From: Eledone cirrhosa
Lineage: Eukaryota
DNA: 64,000 nt
Assembly: GCA_964016885.1 (NCBI GenBank)
Contig: OZ024741.1
Location: 280,054,001-280,118,000, forward strand
Direction of reading: 5' to 3'
The translations under genes and the position numbers were made by a program. How positions within the stretch are numbered: the first letter of the stretch is position 1; every line of letters begins with the position of its first letter. Positions 11,612 to 25,789 of the stretch are shown piece after piece. The notes beneath the pieces are model-generated. The model did not search any database. It was not told where the DNA came from and saw only the letters and a list, made by a program, of their open reading frames with translations.

Positions 11612-13774
11612 GGGCTCGTCAAATCGGACCATGGAAACAGTGTTTCCATTGGTCTTTCCATTGTTGATACTATCTACTGGTTGCAACTCCTGAACTCCTG
11701 TAATGATTTAGTAGATATGTGGTTTGATAACATAAATATTTATCTTATCTTTACTAGCAGACAGATTGTTATGAAAATTTGCAGTAAACTAAAAACCTTA
11801 ATTTTTAATGGGATGCAGTGATAATGTTGCTTTATACTTTTGAAGTGTCTTGTTAATGTGGTTACATGCAGTGCAGGATGTTAAGAGTTAATTTATGCTG
11901 GTATGGGCATTTAATATGAAAGTTTGTCACATTTTCACTGTTGTGAGCTGTCAGTGATGACTTTGTTTGAGGGGGGGGGGGGGTATTTCTCCAGAAAATT
12001 GACTAGATAATAGTAAACTGAAATTGAACCAAATTATATAAATAGTATGTATTTTGCTGAGGGGTTTGTCTGTCAGACAGCAAAATCCATTTAGTATAAA
12101 CAGGCACAGAAATGACTTTCTAATGAGTCAACTTAGAACCAATATTTCTGTCAGTTGAAAAACGTCTTTAAACTTCTTTAAAATGCACTCAGTTCTGTCT
12201 ATGATGGAGTTTTTGTTAAATTGAAAGTAATTTCTTTCCATTTTGAAGTAGAAGGAGGGGGGAAAAAATGAAAAAAATTTTGGATCTTGTTAATTCATTT
12301 CTTTCTCTATATAGTGTATTAAAAAATAATGTCAACTAAGATATTATATTTGATGCTTGCAAAATGCTATTACGAAATGCACTTCGAAGTAGAATTATCA
12401 CCAGGTTGAAATAAGCTTTCATCTCTGACGCTTCTAATGCAATCAATGTTGTTGGCTTTGAAAATCAATTACTGTCTAATGTATTCTGCAGTGAGTGTGA
12501 CTTGTATAAGAATGTATTCTCTAAAACAATCTCTTTTGTGGTTATATAAAGTTGTTTTTTTTCCCCCTTTGTTGTTGTTGTTGCTTTTCGAGGTTAAAAA
12601 AACTAGTTCAGTCATTTTATTTCTTTTAATTGGAACATCTTTTTTAAAAACATTTCATTTCACATACTCGTACATCTGAGCATACTTTACTCATACATCT
12701 GAGCATACTTTTATGTACATGTATGTCCTTACATTTACACATGTATGTCCTCACACATACACATTTATACAGCACAACACACATACATGCTTGTATACAT
12801 GCATGCACGTGTTACAAGGCTAACATGAAAAATTCGCAGCTGAGCAAACATTCTTGGATTAAAATGTTATTGTAGATGTTGCAGACAAGGCAAGATTCAT
12901 TTCTCTCCTTATTTTAATCTACCTGGTTGACAATATAGTAGTTTGAATTTTAAAAAAAGTCCATCCATTTCATTTTGCAAATTAGTTTGAATTAGAAAAT
13001 CCATCCAACTAAAAAAATATATATATTTGTTTCAACAATATGTATGAATACAGTTCAATGACTCAAATCAGTAAAATAAATAGAACAAAGAATGTAAAAT
13101 TTATATTAAAAAAAGGGTAAATAAATAAATAAACCCACCCTGCTAATCTTGGCACAAGGCCAGCAATTTAGAGGAAAGGAAAATCAATTAAATCAATCCC
13201 AGTACTTGATTGGAACTTTATTTTATTGATCCCAAAGGGATGAAAGGCAAAGTTGACCAGTGAGTTTTGAACTAAGAACATAATAGGCTGTAACTAAATG
13301 CTGCTAAGTGTTTTGTTCATTGTTCTAAGAATTCTGCCAATCCTTGCAGATAAAATAATACATATAGTATCAGAAACTTAATCAGGCCACAATTCATTAT
13401 CTACAATTTCAAAATAGGGAATGTTTTTGTATGTTATTGTTTTTGTGGTGAGTTACTCATCTCTGCAAGGCTTATTTACCATCAAAATTTGACCAAACAC
13501 CACTCATACTTAACCCTTAGACACAGTTTTTATGTATTAGTAATCTCTGTGTATCTTTGTTGTTCAGTGGGGTTTTTTTTAGTTTATTAATTTATTTATT
13601 TATTAATTTGTTTATTTATTTTTGTAATTTTAATTTTAATGACCAATATTTTAATAATTTTACTGTGAAATTTTCAAAAAGAGATACAGATAAATTTTCA
13701 TCTCTAGGTAACATTAAGAAAATTGAGGTTTAAGGTAGCAAATTGACAGATTCATGGCAAATTGAGGTTTAAGG

Positions 13775-14110
13775 TAGCAAATTGACAGATTCATTAAAAC
13801 ATCAGATAGAATGCTTTATGGTATTCATTTCAGCTCTCTGTGCCCAGAGTTCAAATTCTACCACGTTCAACTTTGCCTCTCGTCCTTTCAAGATTGATTT
13901 TTAAAAAGTACCAGTCTAGTACTAGAGTAGATTCTTCCTCTGTATCTTTTTTCTCTTCCTCTCTATCATTCTCTCTCTCACCTTCTTTGGAAGAAATCTG
14001 CCATGTTCAGACATGGGGATGGATGTGCTCTGCTAGGTTTTAAATGTCCAAGAAACACATATGTCACTACAATGCCCCTAAGACTCCACCAGGAATTATG
14101 GGTCCACACA
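13775..14110 (+). repeat. tRNA-derived SINE with Nin/Deu-like core (older copy)
   Basis: Box-B-like gagttcaaat, core caactttgcct.tc.tcctttc...aaaagtaccagt, and a tail shared with 58455-58796. Confidence 0.6.
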
Positions 14111-14391
14111 TACATTAAGATGTGCCTGTGCTCGGAATAATGTGGTGTTGAAACTACTACTGTGTATTATGTAAGGAAAGAAAAAGACGAATTGATGGAA
14201 TTTTACTGTGGCAGTAATAAACCTTAACTACTGAAAAAAATTAGATATGTAAGACAAAAAGTTCTTGACTGTTCATTTGCAGATAAAAAAGCAAATGCAT
14301 GCCAGTGTTTATATTTTATAAATTAAGAAACTTACTGCAATTATTCCATAATGACATAACCTTGATAGATTTTGCAGTATACTATATATAG

Positions 14392-14462
14392 CAGGTGTGG
14401 ACAACCTTTTTGAGCAATGGGCCTTATGAGATATGGCTCATCATAAGGTGGGCCGCACTACT
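14392..14462 (+). mobile_element. hAT-like transposon left end
   Basis: caggtgtggacaacctttttg...gggcc...gggccgcac resembles hAT (Charlie-type) termini. No matching right end found. Confidence 0.4.
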
Positions 14463-15217
14463 AAAAAAATTCAAGGTAATTTTTCATTACTCATGCCATT
14501 CCGAAAGCTTAATCGACTGTAGTTTTCCTATGACTGGTATATATTTCATGTAAAAATTACCTTTTCCATAAAATTATAATGTGGACCTAGAAAACCTCAA
14601 TTCAAAGTATATGGTACATTTTAAACATATGTAAACTGGAGGTGTGACTTATTTATTGTAACATTGGTGTGAACACTAATCTTGTACAAGTTTACAACAC
14701 TGATGAAACAACATTTTACTAGCACTACTTTCCTAGAAAATCACTAAATGCTGATGGGAGAACACTGATAACTTTTATGGATATTAATAACAATTTGACT
14801 ATTCTTGGATGTATTTATTTTGCAAGCACACAAAGCAGAGTTGGCAGGTTGGCAGTAATTGGAAAAGATTAAATTCAAAAAGGGAGAGTGCCAATAGATT
14901 TTATGGACAAAGAGGACAATTTGACTGATCTTTAGTGTGCTAATTTTGCAAACAAGTACAAGATAATGTTGGCAGTAATTGGAAAAGACCAAATTCAAAG
15001 ATGTTTTTAAAGCTATACATAATTTAGATACATATTGTTATACATCTACAAAGTATGAGAATTATTTTCTAACTGGTTCAATAACTTTATATCATTGATA
15101 TGAATTGATTAAAGATAATGTGGATTGGAAGAAAACTACAATCCTTTCGTTTTCTCTGGAAAAGGATGTTTTCTGTTTTAACTACTACTATTCAGCACGA
15201 TATCTATATTAAGTATG

Positions 15218-15576
15218 GACCTGTAACTCCACAATGATTCCCACATGACTTCATCAACTGTCAAGGGTCCATAGAATTGAAGAAAAAAGGAGTAGTGTCT
15301 TGAGTACTTTAAACCTGGTGGAGCTCATCCTCTCTCCAGGTTTAATCACATCTGATTTCTTTCAGAGAAGGAAAGAGTATGAGAGAGTGGAAGTAAGTAA
15401 GAGATATAAAGAAAAAATCAACTTAGTACTAGACTGGTACTATTTTTTTTATTGACCTCGAAAAGATTAAAGACAAAGTTAACTTTGATGGAATTTGAAC
15501 TGAGGGTACAGAGAGCCAGAATGAAAACTGCAAAGCATTCTATCCAATGTTCTAACAACTCTGTTAATTTACCACC
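15218..15576 (-). repeat. Nin/Deu-like core SINE
   Basis: Reverse complement of the 13775/28215-type SINE. Confidence 0.6.
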
Positions 15577-16054
15577 TATGATATCTCTTTTGCAGATGAG
15601 TATTTTCTTAGAAATATTTTACCATTGATATGAACTCATTAAAGATAATCTGGGTCAGAAGAAAATTAAATTTCTCTTGTTTTCTCTAGACTATATTGTT
15701 TTCTGCATTTAGATATCCTTCAGTGTGATATCTGTATTACAGATGTGTAGCCAAGGAATTTTACACTCAATAAAGAATATTTAAAATATGTTCATCTGTA
15801 TGCTTGTTTCAGTCACATGAAACATACTAATTGAATATCTTTTTTAGAGTTGCTAATGAGTAGAAAAATACTATAAATATATAAAACAAAGAATAATTTT
15901 GAAAAATTAATGTAAAACTTGATGTATGTAACCTTTATTAGAAATAGATGAGAAATATTTGAATTTTTATTTCAAATGTTATTGTGTAGCCTATGAAAGT
16001 CAATAATAAATGAAAATAGTTTAATTTTGTTGTTGTTTGTTTTGTGAATTTCAG

Positions 16055-16207
16055 ATACTGGTGGAATTTGATGGAATAAGCTGGGACAAACGAGAATGGA
16101 TTAAAATCTATGAAATATGTCAGATTTTTCTTGTGGAGTACTCAGTTGTTTTAGTTCCAAGAGAATTTCCAAACAGATCACCATCTCAGATGAAATGGCC
16201 TGCTCTG
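16055..16207 (+). CDS. JMJD1C: Internal coding exon (153 nt, phase 0/0) of a JMJD1C/KDM3-family histone demethylase
   Basis: tttcag|ATACTG...GCTCTG|gtaagt. Translates ILVEFDGISWDKREWIKIYEICQIFLVEYSVVLVPREFPNRSPSQMKWPAL, matching the JMJD1C/KDM3 N-terminal motif VEFD..WDKREW.K.YE....FLVEY...WPAL (recalled, not searched). Confidence 0.9.
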
Positions 16208-16273
16208 GTAAGTTAATGCTATCATAATATTCATAATATTTAATGCACCTCTTTAATTCAGTCATGAACTAGT

Positions 16274-16624
16274 ATCATCATCATCATCATCATCATCATC
16301 ATTTTACGTCCACTTTTCCCTGCTTGCAAGGGTGGGACAGGAACTGATTCTGGCTTGATTTCTACAGCTGGATGCCCTTCCTAACACCAACCTCATTTAC
16401 AGTGAGTGCTGGGTGCTCTTTTGCCGTGGCACCTCCACGACCACTTTGCAGTGGAATGATAGGGACCCCAGTCCCTATCATCTCATTTCTACAGCTGAGT
16501 AAACTGGAGCAATGTGAAATAAAGTGTCTTGCTCAAGGAAACAACACATCACCCGGTCTGAGAATTGAACTCACAACCTTTCGATTGCAAGGCCAATGCT
16601 CTAACCACTAAGCCATGTGCCTCC
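16274..16624 (-). repeat. Young tRNA-derived SINE with RTE-type tail, copy 1
   Basis: Minus strand: ggaggcacaTGGCTTAGTGG (box A) ... GAGTTCAATT (box B), gtttccttgagcaagacact core, 3' end shared with the RTE at 63251-63291, (atg)n tail. Confidence 0.85.
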
Positions 16625-16754
16625 TGTTTTTATTTATTTATTATCCTCTCATGGCACTGTTAAACTTAATTCACATGGGTGTAAAATGATTGGAGGTCTT
16701 TTCTGTGAATGAGATGGGATTTTTTGATAATAAAGAATATGTATGTATGGGTTT

Positions 16755-17083
16755 GTAACTCTTGATGGAGTTGCAGGGTGACTGTTGTGATATACGGTAT
16801 GTCTAGGTTACATTAAATCTGGTGGAGCCCATCTCTCTCCAGGTTTAAACACAGATGATTTCCTCTGGAGAAGAGAGAAAAAGAGTGAGAGAGAAGAAAT
16901 GAGAATGAGATTTAGAGGAAGAATCAACCCTAGTACTGGACTGGTGCTTTTTTTATCAACCTCAAAAGGAGGAAAAACCAAGTTGACCTCAGCTGGATTT
17001 GAACTCAGAGAGCGCTAAGAGTCAGAACAAATACCGCAAAGCATTCTATAAGATGTGCTAATGAGTCTGCCAATTCACTGCCA
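16755..17083 (-). repeat. Nin/Deu-like core SINE
   Basis: Colinear with 15218-15576 and 33465-33760. Confidence 0.6.
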
Positions 17084-17383
17084 ATAAAGGATATACATAT
17101 GTAGAAATTTTAAATATCTTTTCCACTACTAGTAACAGCAATTATACTGCAAATAATTTTATGAATTTTTTAAAACATTACTCAATAAAAAAGATTACAC
17201 ATTTATTTTGATAAAAAAAATTTTGATATTTTTTCTATAACTATTTTTTAAGTAACTGTTCGCTTTTAAAGCAGATTATCTAAATAAACAATAGTTTATC
17301 AAGAAAATGAACCTTTTTTTTATTTCTTTGTATTGTGCAATGTGTGTTATTGATTTTTTTTCATCCAAGCTCAAATCTTCAGT

Positions 17384-17576
17384 CATATATATATATGTCT
17401 ATATATATGTATATACATATATGTATATATATATATATGTATATACATATATGTATATATATATATATATATTATATACATATATATATATGTATATACA
17501 TATATGTATATATATATATGTATATACATACCCTCCCCAAGTATAACAATATATATATATATATATATTTATATAT
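17384..17576. repeat. Compound (TA)n/(TATG)n microsatellite
   Basis: Directly visible. Confidence 0.9.
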
Positions 17577-19463
17577 AAAAAAGAAATAGGATTTTGCTTC
17601 ATACAATATGTATAAATATTTTGTATCTCCAAGGAAATACTGTTTTAGGAAGCCGTAGCTATGCAAACACCGGGGGGCTAACGCCCTCTGGTGATGTCCA
17701 GCAGAAGCAAGGGGGATACAAAATATTTATATATATATATATATATAAGGAATTAAAGCTCTTTTCCAGTAGATATATATCTTTCTCAAAAGTGTTAGCA
17801 ATCAATATAAATGAACCCCAACCAGGACCTAAAATCAGGGGTAGATTTAGCTCACCATGTAGTGTTTATCACTGTATCATTGTTGTTGTTTAGCTTCAGG
17901 TCAGCCCTGATCAGGCAAACCTATAATGGTTTCTATTTTAGGCACTAGACTTGCAATCTGGGGTGAGAATCAATTGAATCGGCCCCTGTACTTAACTTGT
18001 ACTTTATTTTATTGATCTTGGAAAGATGAAAGACAAAGTTGACCTCAGCAGGATTTGAACTCAGAACACAAAGAGCTTGATCAAATACTGCATAGCATTT
18101 TCCCGATGCTCTAACAATTCTGCCAATTAACTACCATTGTGCAAACTTATAATGAAAGGCATGCCTTCTTTTCTCAAATATTGTATATCTTGAACCACAT
18201 TATTCACTGTGTTCTATTTTAAAGACGTTAGGCAGTGTCTCATGGGAAATTTGTTTGTTATTGATAACGGGTTGAGGGACCATATAAAGCTATCTCGTTG
18301 GTATGCTGTACCATTGATTTTTTCCCTATTTTTCCCTAGGTACAAGGTTTTAGATCTTTATGGGATCAGATATGACATTTTGTGATATTCATGCATTTTT
18401 CAATAACATTAACTTAACTCTAACTAGCTTCTTAATGCTTACAACCATATTATTATTAATAACATTTTGTTAAGAATGCCGAAAGTAATGGCATTCCTTT
18501 GCATATGAGACAGTTATACTGAATCTGTGCAGCCATTTTACTCCATATATAAACTGTTCTGACCTCAGATATTGCTTGGAATGGCTTTAATACTTCTTTG
18601 ATCTAGTTGCCAAGTTGCTATAATATTCACTTGATGGCTTTTTATTGCATTTCATTTCAGTATCGTGTGGTTGATTGATAGGGTTGCAACCTGCAATTAA
18701 ATCTTTTCTTTTACTCCTAATTCTCAATCTAAACCATGTGTATGTGCATATGTGTTTGTGCATGCAAGTGCTTAATATGTAATGTATGATTGTATTAAAT
18801 GACATCAGTGTTTTTTGTTGTTTTTTAACTTAACATATGTTTGTATATGCTGTGGCTACATGTGTTTGACATACATCAGTCCCAATGACAGGTGTTCCTG
18901 GTATTTTGATCAATGGGACAGCCTGCTCATGAAACTAGCATGCAAGGGGCTTGGCATTTCATAAGCAATGTGTACTCATAATATATTCTTCAGGAAGATT
19001 CAGCATGACACTTCTTGTGACTAATTTCGTTTTAAACACAATATAGCTAAAATGTCTTCAAATTTAAGTGCCATTTGCAGTTTATGATTTGTAGACAGTT
19101 GAATTGTAACCCATTTGATACTAACCCACCTGAAACCACCCTATTTTTATGATACAAAATTGCTTGTTTCAAAGTTTTCATAATTTTATGTAGAAACATT
19201 TTGTTAGAAATACACTAACAAAAGGGTTAAAAGCAAAATTTTGACATTTTCTAGAATATTTATATCAACTCTGAGTGCTAATTTTGGCCAAGGGAAAGCA
19301 TGCTTATGGTAAAAATTTAGATTATACAACTGGAGTGTCTTAGTTTGTATGCAATCTATATTGCAATAACTGCCCCCATATTTATCTGTCTGTCATATGG
19401 ACACTATGATCTGTCAAAAACATTCTAAAATCCTTTTTTCATTGACACTGGACATGTGTATTT

Positions 19464-19530
<67 letters not shown>

Positions 19531-19534
<4 letters not shown>

Positions 19535-19871
19535 TCATCATCATTTCATTTTACGTCCGCTTTTCCCTGCTTGCAAGGGTGGGACAGGAACTGATTCTGG
19601 CTTAATTTCTACAGCTGGATGCCCTTCCTAACACCAACCTCATTTACAGTGAGTGTTGGGTGCTTTTTTGCCGTGGCACCTCCACTACCACTTTACAGTG
19701 GAATGATATGGACCCCAGTCCCTATCATCTCATTTCTACAGCTGAATAAACTGGAGCAATGTGAAATAAAGTGTCTTGCTCAAGGAAACAACACATCACC
19801 CGGTCTGAGAATTGAACTCACAACCTTTCGATTGCAAGGCCAATGCTCTAACCACTAAGCCTTGTGCCTCC
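19531..19871 (-). repeat. Young tRNA-derived SINE, copy 2
   Basis: Near-identical to 16274-16624; flanked by (TA)n. Confidence 0.85.
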
Positions 19872-19881
19872 AATATATATA

Positions 19882-19917
<36 letters not shown>

Positions 19918-20129
19918 CACATATATATTTATATATGTATATATGTGTTAAATATTTCCATAGAATAGGTAAAGGAAAGAAGAGTGCTTCTATGTATAGT
20001 ACAGAGCTATTTCAATACATAATAAACAACACATCAGATGAGTGTATTCTGGACGTTTCTGTTAGGATCGTCTCGTTTCCTGAAACCTTTGTTAATGGAA
20101 TAATTATATCGTGTTGTTTATTATGTAAT

Positions 20130-20172
<43 letters not shown>

Positions 20173-20285
20173 AATTGCACCTCTCAAAGGTGATAACACA
20201 CGACCGTGACCTCTGGTGTCGCACGGTAATACAGAAGACCCGGCTTCCCACGGGTACAAGCTGAAGCATATAGTCAATATGCCCC

Positions 20286-20568
20286 CCACTGCAAAGTGGT
20301 CGTGGAGGTGCCGCAGCAAAAAAACACCCAGTCCACACTGTAAAGTGGACGTGCAGGCGCCACGGAAAAAAGGCACTCAGCACTCACTGTAAATGAGGTT
20401 GGTGTTAAGAAGGGCATCCAGCTGTAGAAATCAAGCCAGAATCAGTTCCAGTATGAGCAAGACAAGGTCAGCCGACCAGACACTGCTCACAACAGGAAAA
20501 CCCGTCTAACCCATACTAGTGTAAGAACAGACGTAAAACGATGATGATGATGACGACGATGATGATGA
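20286..20568 (+). repeat. SINE body with alternative RTE-type tail
   Basis: Same central module as the young SINE, but it continues cagttccagtatgagcaagacaaggtcagccgaccagacactgc...(gat)n, as at 57197-57312. Confidence 0.7.
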
Positions 20569-20670
20569 TATATATGTATGTATGTAAAAAGTAAACAAAA
20601 ATAACAACACAATCGGTACAGTATATGGAAGGGATATATTAGGTTAATGCTTGAAATAGCAGGAAGGGGG

Positions 20671-20706
20671 TCTTAACGTTTCGGACACTAGTCCTTCATC
20701 AGAAGA
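20671..20706 (-). ncRNA. Minimal type-I hammerhead ribozyme motif (Penelope-type)
   Basis: Minus strand reads ucuu-CUGAUGA-a-GGAC-uagu-GUCC-GAAA-CG-U-U-aaga: intact core, 4-bp stem II, palindromic ACGU in place of stem III, 4-bp stem I. Confidence 0.65.
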
Positions 20707-23700
20707 AGGAATGAGAAATTAAAAAAATTGAAGGGACAGGCAAAGCAGAATCGGAAAAAATGTTTTTAGAGAAAAATAACAGGTCCATTCATGTTGCCAT
20801 CTCTTGGAAAACTGTTGATGCTAGTGTTTTCTGTATGATATACTTTTTTAGAAAAGTGGATGATGGAGTGTGTCTACCTGAAATGGAAAGAAAAACGTTT
20901 TGTATATAGAGCTATGCATGTGTGTGTTGTGTACCTATATTCCCACAGGAGATTCAGTTCACTTTTTTCCATCTCTTGTGGTTTATGTGCCCAACTTGTT
21001 TAACTATTTAGTAGTCAAACCTGCATTATACCACTTTACTAAATGCTAACATATTTTCAATAAGGCTCAGTGGTTAGAGAGTTAGATTCACAATCGTAAG
21101 GTTGTGAGATTGATTCCTAGACTAGGTGATGCATGTTTGACTAGTGCTTATACAAATGCTGGTATCATAATAAAATATACCCAACAAACATTGTAAAGTG
21201 GTAGTGGGGATGTCACAAGAAAAGAAATGAACCCTGTGCATGCCATAAAGGGGTTGGCATTAGGAAGGGCATCCAGCCATAGAAACCATACCAAAATGGA
21301 ATATATGAATAAGACACTGTCGTCTGACATATCTGTCTAACTTCAAAATGTGGCAATCCATCTAACCCATGCAAACATGAAAAATCAACATAAAACAATG
21401 ATGACGATGATGATGATACTAAAGATTATTCTCTATCAGAAAATATAAGTAAAAAAAAAGAAGATAGCAATGTAGTTATCTAGCTAGTTTCTTGTTTTTC
21501 AAGGCCAAAAGAATAAGTGTTAATGGTGTAGGTTTTTGTACGGCATTAACCACAGCACCAAAGTAGTGTCATTACTTTCTTGAAATGTTTCCAGGTGATA
21601 CAAGTGTTTAGAAGTGGATGAATTCTTTCAGAGTTAATTACTGTTGCCAAAAAAGATCTAACCTCAGTATACTGTTGGAGAGATTTAATTGCAATTGACT
21701 TCAAACTGGTACATTGAAGATAATAAATGTTAATGTACAAAAATAGAATAAATTGCTTTACAACTCGAGAAGTTGTTTAAATCTTATGTGAAAATTCTTT
21801 GATTTGCACATTTCTACCATTTCATGAATTAAGACAAATATGCATGTGTATGAGGAATTTCTTAATATTTTGTTTATAAATCTATATAATTTAATATAAC
21901 CATGTATATCCAATTTAGAATGGTATGCACCTGTAACTCCCAAGGGAGTTGTAGAAGTGCCATACAGCATTTCTTAAGGCATTTTTAAACCTGGCAGAGC
22001 CCATTCTCTCTCTAGGCCCAAGCATTTCAGATTGCCTCCAGAGAAGGATAGAGAAAGGAAGTGAGAAAGATATATAGAAGAAGAATTAACCCCAGTACTA
22101 GACATACTTTTTTATCGACCTCGAAAGGATGAAAGCAAAGTTGACCTTGGTGGGATTTGAACTGAGAGAGTAGAACTGACATTCTAATGACTGCTAATTC
22201 ACTGCCTATACCCCTGCATGTCATAAGAGGCAACTAAAAGAGTTGGTGCTAGGAAGGGCCTCTTACTGTAAGACATTGCCAAGTCTTGTCCAACCCATGC
22301 CTGCATGGAAAATTCACTGTAAAAAGGATGATGATAATATTTCTTTATTCAGTTGAGTTTTAGTTTTGCATCCATACACAACGAGCATTAGAAACTGGAA
22401 TATATATTAGTTTAATAGGAAGTTGTTTTTTTACATAAAGAATAAAAAGTGAAGCATCTTATATAGTAAGATCAAACTCAATAATATATTTTCTGACACA
22501 GGCCACATCACATAAGTCACTTGCTAACATTTGAAACCACCTTCTATCTTAAAGTTAGGAAAAGTGAATATTTACATATAAGAATTAGAATTTCCTAAAT
22601 TTCTGTTTATTATTATCATTATCATTATTTTAACCCTTTAAGTAAAAGATATGTTACTATACCCCATCAAAATCTTTATTAAATTGAAAACATACAGGCA
22701 GTGTAGTAGTCATTAGAAATATAGAAATATAGTCACAAATGAATTAATAGACAGACAGGTATTGACAAAACCTGTTAAAAACCTGCAAGAATCCTTCAAA
22801 TTGAAATTTATATTTCATTTAAACATTATCTATAACCATTGTGTTTGTCCATAAGCAAAGTATTACTTGCCAAAGTTTACTTAAATGATGATAGTTATTT
22901 GCTTTATGCTTCAGTAGTTAGTGATGGAAAGGGCTGTTAGCTGCCAAAATCTATTTGCTTCAACAGAAACCATTTCACTCAAATTGGCACAGAGAAATGG
23001 ATATAAAATAGTACCAAATAAAAAATGGAAATAAATACATAAATAAAATGAACATTCTTAATTCAATTGAATTAATTTAATTACTATCACAAACAACTGC
23101 AATTAAATGCTGTCAAAATAAAATGGTAACAGCTTTGGGACATAAGAAACAACTGAAATTCACAAATACTACAAAATGGTTCTATGATATTAGCTTTACT
23201 AACAATCTATTTTGCTTATTGTTTGCTGTTACTAGTTGTAGTCTGTTTACATATGTTAATTCCAAACAAACTAGATAAAAACCACTTGAGGTTGAAATCG
23301 GAAATATGTTTCATTGAGATATTGTCCATGCTACAATTCTGAATCTATTTTTATATATTATAATATAAACAAACTATATAATTATAATATTGAAATATGT
23401 TAATATCTACATTATTGTGATTACTAATTGGGATTGACTTGAACTTTCATCCTTCTGGGATTGATAATATAAATACCAGTCATATGCTAAGGTCAGTTCA
23501 ATTGACTATATTCCTTCCCTACAATTGTACTAATCTAAGATATCATTATTATTATTATCTAACAGGATGGTGGATTGGCAGTATCAGTAGATACTAGTTA
23601 TGCACTGGGGTAGATTTAATCGATTTTCTCCTCCCCAAAAATTGTTAACCTTGTGCCTAAATCAGAAACCATTAGTATGTAATAGATGGCAATGCCCATA

Positions 23701-24820
23701 ATATTTTTTGTAGTTTAAAAGATTGATAGGAGAAAGGAAGGTAATCTCAAACTAGAAATCTTGCCAAATATTTATTTCTGAGTAAATTCTGCTAAAGGCA
23801 CCAAAGAGCCAAATCTTCCACCCAGGTAGGCCACAGCAGGATTTGGATGCAGAAGAAATAAAGAAATAATTAACAGAACAAACACCAACACTCTAACAAT
23901 TACACAGATTCACCACCCTTTGAAGTAGTACTTTCTTTTATTTACTCCGAAAGAATGAAAAACAAAGCAAATAACTGAAAGGCATTTTGTCCTTTGCTTC
24001 ATCAGCTCTGCCAATTTGCGACCTAAAGTTTTAGTGAATTGCCTAAGCCTTTTATGATCATATTTCTAATGAAAGATACTGCTTGTGGTTTTGAAATAAG
24101 GTTGAAAATAATCAAGAATTTGGAGAGATTTAGTTATATAACTAACTTTTTCTTTATTAAGCTGGTGTCATCATCATCATCATCATTGTTTAACGTCTAT
24201 CTTCCACGCTAGCATGGGTTTAGACAGGGTGTATGGAATATAATTTTACAAAGGTTCTTACATAGAATTATGATGTGAGGTATTTGGATAGAAATATTAA
24301 AAACAAACAGATTTGTATTGTAGAACCAGGTATTATATTGTAGAGATCAGTTTGGTATAAAAAAAGGTTAGTCTTCGTGATATATAAGTCAGTATCTCCT
24401 TCTTCTGGATTTTAACACCATCATTCCTTCATAATTGATGAAATAAGTACCAGAAATATATTGAAGTTGAGTGAATTGACCATACAACTTCCCTTATCCA
24501 TCTTCTTTAGTTCCTTTATCTTCCTATGGAGCATTGGACGCTAAGAGATCTCCATTCTTGCCATGAGCCTTTGCTTAGGTCAGGTATTTGTTGTAATTCC
24601 TGTAGTTATTAGGAGGTAAGGTTGCTCACCTTGTGTTCCATCCCTCTTCTATAAAAACTATGTGTTTTGGTTAAAGCTAATCCTTTTTGAATCACAAGTA
24701 TCTATATATGCAGAACTTTTTTCCTGCTTTTGAGGCATTAAGTGAATGAGAGACATCCGAGATAGGAAACTGAACTATCATTGATAACATATTCAACACA
24801 AGGAATTCAACCAGGCTCTA

Positions 24821-25336
24821 TATGGTACTGATAAGTACCTTACCTTACAGTGGTAGTTATATCACCTATGGTACTAATAAGTACCTTACCTTACAGTGGT
24901 AGTTATATCACCTATGGTACTAATAAGTACCTTACCTTACAGTGGTAGTTATATCACCTATGGTACTGATAAGTACCTTACCTTACAGTGGTAGTTATAT
25001 CACCTATGGTACTGATAAGTACCTTACCTTACAGTGGTAGTTATATCACCTATGGTACTGATAAGTACCTTACCTTACAGTGGTAGTTATATCACCTATG
25101 GTACTGATAAGTACCTTACCTTACAGTGGTAGTTATATCACCTATGGTACTAATAAGTACCTTACCTTACAGTGGTAGTTATATCACCTATGGTACTAAT
25201 AAATACCTTAACTTACAGTTGTAGTTATATCACCTATGGTACTAATAAGTACCTTACCTTACAGTGGTAGTTATATCACCTATGGTACTAATAAGTACCT
25301 TACCTTACAGTGGTAGTTATATCACCTATGGTACTA
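24821..25336. repeat. 46-bp minisatellite, 11 full copies
   Basis: Unit tatggtact(a/g)ataagtaccttaccttacagtggtagttatatcacc; 24821-25326 = 11 x 46. Confidence 0.97.
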
Positions 25337-25789
25337 TCATAATAAGTACAAATCACCTATTGCACTAACTTTCCATTTGTCTTTGGCGTTGATGTCATCA
25401 TCATCATCATCATCATCATTTAATGTTTATTTTCCATGCTAGCATGGGTTAGATGGATTGTCCTGTTTGAGGCAAGTCGCTTCAAGTGACTGTCTTACTC
25501 ATACAGAACTGTTTCTGGCTTGGTTTCTATGGTTGGATGCCCTTCCTAACACCAACCACATTTACAGTGTGAGCTGGATGCTTTTTGTTGTGACACCTGC
25601 ATGACAACTTTATAGTGTAAGGGTGGTGGGATCAGATGGAGGTGGAAGGTGTATGGAATGGGGATGGGGGATAGGGGTTAAGAGGTACATACTAGATGCA
25701 TGCTTCACTCCGTGCACATGAGAATGTGGATCTACTGTATTACTATTTAACACCAAAGATCTTGATCCTGTGTCATTTTCTTTAAGAGG

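Noticed and set aside
12040-12135. Possible enhancer (tgctga and tgagtca motifs, short inverted repeat)
   Set aside because: Short motifs of this kind are expected by chance; no support from sequence alone.
17307-17666. Tyr/Ile/Met-rich ORFs (also at 9410-10989, 47768-48028, 49271-49471)
   Set aside because: These are translations of (TA)n, (CA)n and (AAT)n microsatellites.
18315-18346. Another AG|GT junction (ttttccctag|gtacaa)
   Set aside because: The donor GTACAA is weak; not supportable without RNA data.
24821-25336. CRISPR-like array (short repeat with internal palindrome)
   Set aside because: Units are contiguous and near-identical with no unique spacers, there are no cas genes, and the context is eukaryotic. 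It is a minisatellite.
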